DNA of 64,000 nt from the NCBI RefSeq assembly GCF_009914755.1, contig NC_060937.1. One strand, given 5' to 3'. The position numbers and the translations under genes are program-made. Source of the stretch: the human T2T-CHM13v2.0 reference genome, Homo sapiens. Positions 54,666 through 64,000 of this stretch are shown here, piece after piece (position 1 is the stretch's first letter; every line of letters starts with the position of its first letter). The notes under the pieces were generated by a model. It saw only the letters and a list, made by a program, of their open reading frames with translations. It had not been told where the DNA came from and did not search any database.

Positions 54666-56505
54666 GAATAAATTACTATTCTTTCTTTCATTTAGCTTCC
54701 TTACTAACAAGACATTTTTTATTCCATACTTTCTTTTCCTTTTATAATAGAGATTCAGGGAGAAACCTTGTGTGAACTACTCATTAAAATGATTAGCGTT
54801 ATCTGCTAATCATTTCAGGACAGAGCACACAATTAAGGTCGGTTCTGGCATGGAGAAATAAATACTATTATAACACTAATACAAATTATACATTGTCAAA
54901 GGAAGCAAGTTGTTGAGGCAATCACAGAAGGAAAAGAATAAAAACCCCAGCAACAGGACGACTTTAAAGATGTATTTCCAGATAACTTGTATTCCCTCAT
55001 GATCAGCACAAGCGAAATGCACTGATGGAGCAGAGCCTCCTTGTCCAGGTGTGAATTTTCTCATAAACGTGGTAGATGGAGTGCTTTGTTAAGTGAAATA
55101 ATTGTGATACTCCTTACTACAAAAAGCAAAACTGTCAGAAATGGCTCCCCAAACCCTTATTAATACTGATTTTCAATGCCTCCTACTATCACAAGTTTTG
55201 GACTTTATTCTTTAAGTGAAAAGTTCCCCCACAACTCCCAGCAGTTATCATTTGACTGTCCCTGAAATTATCTTAGGAAATATCATTGACCAAATTTGAA
55301 ACAGAGCAAAGTTAAACAACGGACATTAACAAGGAGTATAATTGGCCTTAGCATTTACCACCTTTCCTCTGCCCCCTTTGTGCAATACACGCTCTACATA
55401 CTTTTTTGATCAGTAAAATTCACTTCTATTTAGACTAAAGCTAAGTTTTTCTCTTTCTCTTTCCTTTTTTCCCCCACCTCCTATGTGTATGTGCTGGTGG
55501 GGGAGGGGGAGGAAGGAAGAGCTGAGCTACAAAATTAATCAGCTCCAGGTATGTGCCAGGCATTGTACTTAATCCAAGTTCATTGAATCTGAAAACAATC
55601 CTAAAATGAAGATTCCCTCACCCCAAATCCCTCAACTGGTAAATGCTAGAGAAATAACTTGGTCTAAGTTTAGCAATTTAAATTTTTATATTATTTTTCT
55701 AAATCAATTTATTGCCCCTGTTATAAACAATGGGAGTGATGTCAATCAATTTTCTGGTTAATTATTAAGAGAATAAACAGTGGAATAAACAGTGAGTAAG
55801 GCAATATTTAACAATGGAAGACATAGGCCATTTCCTAATTTGATTTCCAGAACAATAAAACTGATTTCACTAATTTCTCTGACAATGTATTATCCTGGGG
55901 AGTTAATAACTTATTTTTATTAAGGTGAGAATAAATGTACTCAGGTACACAGGTGGCAGAAAAAGCTCATATATCCAATTACCTGCATAATGAAACCAAT
56001 CACTTAACTTCTTCTTTGGCTGTTGGAAAGTCAGAGGTGCTAAAACCAAATTTTCTCAGTCCCTTAAGATGGACTGAAAATCCTCAAGCAAAAATCACTC
56101 TACCTTATATATGGAGGAAAATCTGAAGACAAAGGAATAAGGCATCTTAAGTTCTACTCCAGGAAGTTTGTTTAAGTTGCTGTCTTGAAAACCAAGCCTC
56201 TGATATTTTCTTAGCTGTATTAAATTGTAGCTAAAAATAAATGGCTATTTAGCATGTGTTTACTATCCAAGGTCCATAGAGCAAGCAAAAGGGCAGGCTA
56301 CTGCTTTTAAAACCCATGTAGGGATTAATTAACAGAAGGGCACTAGCTAGCAAGTTATGCTAAATGACAAGTCTTGATTAAAAGCTAAAAACAATGCTTA
56401 TTTCAAACCTAACTTCCTGGTCTATAGTTACTCTCAACTTTAAATGCAATTTGCTAATTTCAACTCCAAATACATATATATGCCCTTGGGGTTAAGAAGT
56501 GCTTC

Positions 56506-56811
<306 letters not shown>

Positions 56812-57590
56812 TTATCAAAGCCTTTCATTTTCCAAATGAGAATTTAAGGTATTTTCTCAAGAAAATTTTTATGAAACAACAAAAAACCCGATGTTTTTAA
56901 TCTCAGAATCTGAAGATCACCTATGCTAGAACCGCTATACAGTAGACAAAGAATTAGTTTTTTCTTTCCTCATATTCTGTATTTCAGGCCCAAATAATCT
57001 ACCCAATTTAGAAGGGGAAAGATGTTCATTTTTCTTAATGTGTGATGGAATTTCAATATGTACAATCATAACTTCTTTGAAGATGGGCTGGCACACATAG
57101 AACTGTGCATTAGGCTTTTAAAACTTTCCAGGATTACGTAGAGTGAGTAAAGGCGATTGACATAGGAGGCAGTCTGATGATGTGGAGTGAATTGGGAATC
57201 ACAGCATTCCCCACAAACTGCTCAGCTGATCTTTCTGTATTACCTGGAAGCTCCTCTATGAGCCTGACTTGTAGCATTTGAGGTCAAGAAACCAGTCATT
57301 AGGACGTAAATTTGTCATTTGTCAGAGGAACACAGAGATCCAGAAATAATCCTGCCATAATGTAGTTCATTAGATTAGCTGGTTTGGGAAATAGGTCACA
57401 GGACTGATATAAGTTGATGGGACTGGGGTTAGGAAAGGTCTTTGTGTAATTCGCAAAATTATATACTTTGATGATCCCTAAAGTGTGAAGATCTATGCAA
57501 CCTGAAGTAGCAGGCAGACTGAAGTCAAGTCAGTGAAGCATCAGGGAAGGAAGAAAAGAGAAGAGCTGCTACAATTTAAGGGTTTCCTAG

Positions 57591-57980
<390 letters not shown>

Positions 57981-60639
57981 CAGACTGTAATTCTTAACAC
58001 AGAGCCTAGCACAAAGCAGGTGACATGCAAAAATAGTATTAGATGTTGTCTAAATTAGCTTTACCAACTCTGTGCCTTCTCTGTGTCAGATAATACACTT
58101 TTTACATTTCAACTCATTTAATACTCACAACAACCATCTTACAGTTAGGAAATGAAAATTCCAGAAATAAGTATAGAAGATGATATGTATGCAGATGTTT
58201 GCCTGATTGTAAAGCTCATGGCTTTTCTACTTCTCTATATGTATGTAAAAATAATTTTGAGAATGACTTATGGTGGTTACTTAACTTTGCATCAGTTCTG
58301 TCATTTAATATTCATATCTATCTTATGAATTTGAAATTATTATCTTATGTAACAGGAACTACAACCAGAAAGGTTAAGTGCCAAAATCATACTTTTTAGT
58401 AAGTGGGTTAGTTTCCTGTTCGGGTTCGTTTCTCTATGATACACAATTGAGACATAGGTACTCAACTGTCAACCTGCAATCAGTCAGAGACTAAGTTGCT
58501 CCTGAAATTTTGTCACTTTAGAAATGCTGTAGTTTAATGAAGGCCACTTTAAAAACAATCACTGCCAAGTTGGGAAAAGTAATAAAAATGGTAACTGTGA
58601 TAAGCAGAGAGAATTACTTATTTTATATTAATGAAAATGAATCTTAAAGTGTGGCACACATCACATGTAACATGTATTTTTTAAAAGTTCATGTTACAAT
58701 GTACCATTTGCATAACTTAGAAATTTAATGTAATTAAGTACACCAAATGCAGTGTTATTTTATTCATCAAGATATGGAGTAATATTTAGGTCAAAAATAC
58801 CACATTTTCAAGCTTTATGGTAAAAGATACTTCACTGCAATATTTTCTAACTGAGAAATCAAAGTCAATCCATAAGGTATTTGACATATACAATTGAAAT
58901 ATACAAATATGTATTAAACTGGAAAAATATATAGATTTAAAATTCTATAATCTAACATTTAGACATATATATCTAATCTAGTAATTTTTCAAATTTGGGT
59001 ACTTTATATTAAATTAAAAGAGACACATGTTTGTGTCATACAAACTCATATCATAGCAAATATTATAGAAAATGCTTGCCGTAGGTCAGATACAAAGATG
59101 AGTACATTATACATAAAGTTCTTCATCTAATCCTGAAAGTTACCGTATAAAGTAGGTACATTCTTGATCCACATATTGTAGCTTAGGAAACTAAAACACC
59201 TAACCAGAATTTGGAGCCAAGCTGTCAAGATTTCAAAGATTGTGCTTCTGTAAAAGGAAAGTCAAATCCTTTCTGGTTCAACTTTACCTGTTGAAAATAC
59301 TTCTAAAACCCAGTTTTCTGCCATCATAGATACAGAATTCAGAATACAATCTTAATTTCCCACTGGAATGTTCCAGAGTGTAGGGAAAACTAAGAACCAA
59401 GGTAATCTATTTTAAATATTTGTTTGCATTCATTTGAGTCTAGCGTATATTTTATGATCACAACACAGCCAGACTGTGTTCTGTTACCAATTGTTTCCAT
59501 TCTCTGAGGTCAAGGAGAAATTGTTTAGCTCCTATGTAAAAAGGGTAGAAAATGTCTAGAAATGTATTACATTCTATCCAGAAGAGGGCACTGGCAGGTA
59601 TTCAACCCAATATCTGATATTTCAAACAGAGGGAAGCAAAGCTCCAATGTAACAAGTATCTTTTCAGTAAGATGGGTTTCCATTCATGCCCTGCAGTGTG
59701 ACTATAAGAAGCACTAATATACCTGGACAAAATCATGTTTTGGAAACTGATGCTAGTATTTTTAGCAGTTAGCTAATTTTAACAGCTGGCATAAGATTGC
59801 ACTTTTAGTTGATATTACTGCCTAAACGTTCCACATTTTTCCTAAGTTTTACTTTCAAGGAAGTTTACATTATTTAGCATTCAGTTATGAAAGTTCTGTC
59901 AACCATTACACAATGTATGTAAGGGGGCTATGAATCAAATGTGCCTCATGATATTGACTTTTTGAGCACAATTCTGTTTCATCAAAACTTACAAGACATA
60001 GAAATTGAAAAGAATCATGGTTTTGATGTCTGATTTCCTGAGTGGCTGAGACAAGTGGTTTATCAATCATATAATTTCTGCAGATCATTTTAATTAGTTT
60101 TCTCTTACAAGCAGTTCTTTTCTGCACTGTGTAGCTATGAAAGTACTCTTTATTTTGTGTCCAAGGTTTATACTTAGAAACTCTCTGGGAACAACTGTCA
60201 TTGTCAGGCCTTGTCTTTGTTATTCTTGTGTTGTGAAATTCCATTTGCCATATCTGAAGCTTAAATGGCAACAGACCCTGTTGAATAATTGTCTTCTAGT
60301 GTTAGATGATTAGCTTTATATGTGCAAAATGGCTTTTTAGAAAAACTACCTAGATAAAAAGGTCAAAATCAAAATGGACCAATTTGAAAATTATCATTGC
60401 AACAAAAATTTGTTGTGGACACATACTCATTGAATATATACAACGTATATTTACTGAGACTATAATATGTGTCAGCCATTTCTATTACAGGCTTATTGAA
60501 TTTTTCAAGTAATCGATGGCAATTAATTTGTCACATAATTGTACTACTTGCAGAAATAATCTCCTAAAATTAATGACTTTGTCTCCTGTGCTACTATTCG
60601 AAGGCAGAGTGGAAATGGCTTTTAGGTTATAGAAAAGAG

Positions 60640-60745
60640 GCAGAGTGAGTTCTCTCACTAGCTGTGTCTTAGGTAAGTTCCAGGTCTCTGCAGTCAATCG
60701 CCATATCTATAAAATGAAGATGATATTTACTACCTGGAAATGTTG
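60640..60745 (+). mobile_element. MIR SINE fragment
   Basis: tcactagctgtgtcttaggtaagtt...atctataaaatgaagatgatatttactacct. Confidence 0.6.
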
Positions 60746-61467
60746 TGTTTACAACCTTTATCAGAGTAGTTTACTGCTGTAGAAGCTCGACCACTGGTAA
60801 CCATTGTGTTTAAGTTTAATTTTCACTAAAAGCCCAGGCTCTGACTGTAATGGTCACTCAGAGTTGTGCCACTGAAAGGGCACAGATGGCAGTGGTCAAG
60901 TAGGCCACGTCCTCTGCGTGCCTTTTTCGCTTTCAGAAGTAGGGCTACGAAGCTGAGGACAGCCAGAATGACTGCTGAGATTCACATTTCCATTAATGCC
61001 TGTCCATTCCAAAAAAAGATCAGTGTATGCCAACGGCGAGATGCCTTCCTCAATGAAGTCAGAATCTAACAGCGATGAGATCCTTTGTGTTTACAAGCCT
61101 TGAAGCTGAGATCAGATGGCATTGCCATTGAGTCGGCTAGGAGCCAGTAGTCTAAAGTCTAAGTATATATTATACTGTCTGAATCAACTTAGTGGCTCTC
61201 AGTTCTATCATATTTGAAACTCATTTTTATAATAAATATTTGTTAATGTCTCTTTTGCTATTCCAAAATGAAATTGCTAACTCCCTCTAAGAATAATCTT
61301 AAATCAATGTAATATGTTAATAGTGACATAAAAGACAATAGTAAGAGATTAACACATACAAATAGAGTACTAATAGTATAATATGCAAATGCTTAGGTAC
61401 AATTATACCAGATGATGTGGTTATAATGGGTAACTCTGGATTTAGGAAGTGTAAAACAATAGCCAAA

Positions 61468-62177
61468 TGTGCCAGTTATTTACTCTTTGTCTCTCGGTTC
61501 TAAACTTGCACTTCTATGCTCTGCTTTATGCTGCTGGGGCTGAGACCCTGCAAACTACATTCTGCTTGCCAAGATTCTCTCTGTTAGGATCTGCCACTAG
61601 GAGCACCAGAGACTTCAAAGCTGGATGAGGTGGAAGAAACTTGCCCCTTCCTGTGTCCCTCTAGGGGAGCTCCTTGGCTGCTTGTGGATCTTGTGAGCAT
61701 CACTCTACGATGCTTCAGTCACCCCACCAACAGCAGAGCCTCCTTGTGGCAGCAGCTGAATACAGTTTGCAATTTTGTTCAACACTTGGAGAACCAGGTT
61801 AATTGTCTCCTTCTTCCCTCAAATACCAGCCGGCCATTGGTCCTCCTCAGAGGTCTGGATCCCAGCTTCATGAGTCTTTCCTCTGAGCTCAGAGATACTA
61901 GCACCAGCCGAGCCACGCCTTGCTTACAGGTCTGAGTTTGAGCTTCACTAGACCTTCCCTCAAAGTTTTTTGTTTTCCTTTTTTTCCCCACAATTCTGGG
62001 GGTGGGAAGCAGCTGCTTCCTGAAGTTGCTACTTCCACAATACCTTAGAGTTTCTTTTTCTACCCTTTAAGTTACCAGCTGACAACTTTTTACTAATTAA
62101 GAAGTGTTTGTATTAAATCTTCTCTGTTCAAATAGCTGGTATCATTTCTGCCTCCAGAGTGGACTCTGACCACTACC
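61468..62177 (+). mobile_element. LTR41-like (ERVL) solo LTR
   Basis: tgtgccagttatttactctttgtctctc...cttctatgctctgctttatgctgctggggctg...attaaatcttctctgttcaaatagctgg...ggactctgac. Confidence 0.75.
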
Positions 62178-62399
62178 TCTACTGAATATTGTCAACATTA
62201 TTTCTTTCCTGAGATGAACATTTTATTGGACATTTGAAATAAGGCCTGGTGATAAGTTTATATATATGCATAAAATCATAATAAATGCAACAGCTACTGG
62301 TACTGACTGATGTGGGGATGACACATTGGTGGCTGGGAAGCCACTAGCAGCATTGCCATTGCTAGGTTCAAAAATGATGAACAACTCTTGATCTCTTGA

Positions 62400-62660
62400 T
62401 GATGTACTAGACAGAAACTACAATCTGCCCTGATTTGTAGTGTAGTTCCATTCCTGGGAAAGTTAGCACACACTAAAATGGGGGAAAATACACTTTGTGT
62501 TTTTATGTAAAATATAGCCATGCCATACAAGATATGAAAATATTCATTGTTCAGGACAGTCTTATGCATTGCTGTTTGTCTAAAAACTCTCACTCTTACC
62601 CACTAAGTGCCATTGCACTTATCCCAATTACGGGTGACCAAAACTGTGCCCACATCATGT
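62400..62660. mobile_element. Ancient hAT-Charlie-type relic related to 11330-12065
   Basis: cattcctgggaaag...aaaatacactttgtgtttttatgtaaaa...caggacagtcttatgcattg...acccactaagtgcca. Confidence 0.4.
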
Positions 62661-63309
62661 CTTAGAGTAATGTCATATCTGTTCAGAATAAAATAAGGCA
62701 GAGGCAGAAGAGGCCATTTCCTTTATGAATTTAGTTGAGGATAAGTCATCCCATGGGTCTTCCACACTGAAAGGGCATCTCCTCATGCTTCTTTCCACTT
62801 GGCAAAAGTCTCAAAGTCTAAGTTATAATGAAGATAGTTTTTATGAAAAGGATAATATCCTAAAAGAAATTCTTAGCCCCTATAAACACATTTTACAATC
62901 AATATATGTTAATTTTAACATGAAAGAAATAAAACTAGTACAGGTAATAACAATAGTAATATTTGTGCATAATCATATTATAATACATAAATGCCTAGGC
63001 ACAACTACATTAGATACACAGGGTGAACACAATTATCAGTCTAGTTACCCTGGAGCACCCTAACACAAGACACCAGAGCGGCCTTTAAGGTTTGAGAAGA
63101 AAAGGGAAAAAGACAGAAAATGATTCTAAAAATCAATAAAAATGTTATACAGCAAAGGTTTTATGAAGAAGAAGGCAGCATGAAGCATAAGGTTAGGATT
63201 AGAGGGCCCTCAAGATTAAGCTGAAGTTAGGGGAGAAAGTACACATGCGTGGTTGATATACATGTGTATTTTTATTCGGGAAACCTGTTGGTGTGGACAC
63301 ATATATATA

Positions 63310-64000
63310 CAGACAACCCTTGAACAACACGGTTTGAACTGTACACATCTATTTCTATGTAGAATGTTTTCAATAAATGTATTAGAAAAATTTGTGGAGA
63401 TTTGTGAAAATTTGCAAAAACATGCAGAGAAACCATGTGGCTTAGAAATATATTAAAAAAAATTCTTAAGTTAGGTGTGCCATGAATGCATAAAATATAT
63501 GTCAATACAAGCCTATTTGATGCTTTCCTACCATAAAATTTACATAAATCTATTGTAAAAAGGTAAATTGTATCAAAATTTATGTATATACTTACTGACC
63601 AAACATGGCATCACTGCAGTTGAGAGAATTATAAACACACATAAAGATGCAGTATTAAATTATAACTGCACAAAATTAACTGTAGCACATACTATACTAC
63701 TATAATTTCATAGCCACCTCCTGTTGCTATTGTAGTGAGCTCAAGTGTCAAAAGTATCCACTTAAAATGCCATGTAATGCTAATCATCTCTGCATGAGCA
63801 GGTCATAACCCTGGTAAATTACATATCACAGTAAAAAGTGATCTCTCATGTTTCTGGTGTATTTTTTTAAACATGTTTTAATGCAATAGCATAAACCTTG
63901 AATAACATATGAGACCCATACAAACTGCCACTAGTGATGCTGGAAATGCTCTTAAGAAGCAGAGAAAAGTCATGACATTACAAGAAACAGTTAAATTGCT
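63310..64000 (+). mobile_element. Tigger2 DNA transposon 5' part, running off the window; transposase N-terminus from 63909
   Basis: TA-cagacaacccttgaacaacacggtttgaactg TIR; 63909 onward translates MRPIQTATSDAGNALKKQRKVMTLQETVKL (pogo/CENP-B-like start). Confidence 0.9.

Noticed and set aside
58666-58698. 9-bp inverted repeat tgtaacatg/catgttaca
   Set aside because: Short enough to arise by chance in AT-rich DNA

Overview
AT-rich, repeat-dense primate genomic DNA, almost certainly human because it contains an AluYa5 with all five diagnostic substitutions. It looks intergenic or deep-intronic. I found no credible protein-coding exon, RNA gene or CRISPR-like system. The listed ORFs are chance frames or read-throughs of Alu, L1 and LTR sequence. 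The window holds about nine Alu/FLAM copies, several L1 fragments (a young L1PA 3' end and older L1MA/L1M pieces), L2 and MIR relics, solo LTRs (LTR12C, LTR1, MER4-group, THE1B, MLT1s, LTR41) and DNA transposons (Tigger2, Tigger3b, Tigger4a, MER2, MER58A, MER20, MER96/MER102-like), often nested. The most notable structures not explained by repeat annotation are: a 37-bp near-perfect hairpin at 34425-34504; a ~125-bp duplication spanning a MER2 junction and ending in a palindromic scar; an LTR12C inserted into an Alu head that ends in a templated/inverted junction; and a recurring set of small templated-insertion-like scars. Subfamily names come from recalled consensus sequences and need RepeatMasker/Dfam confirmation. 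Boundaries of old elements are approximate.
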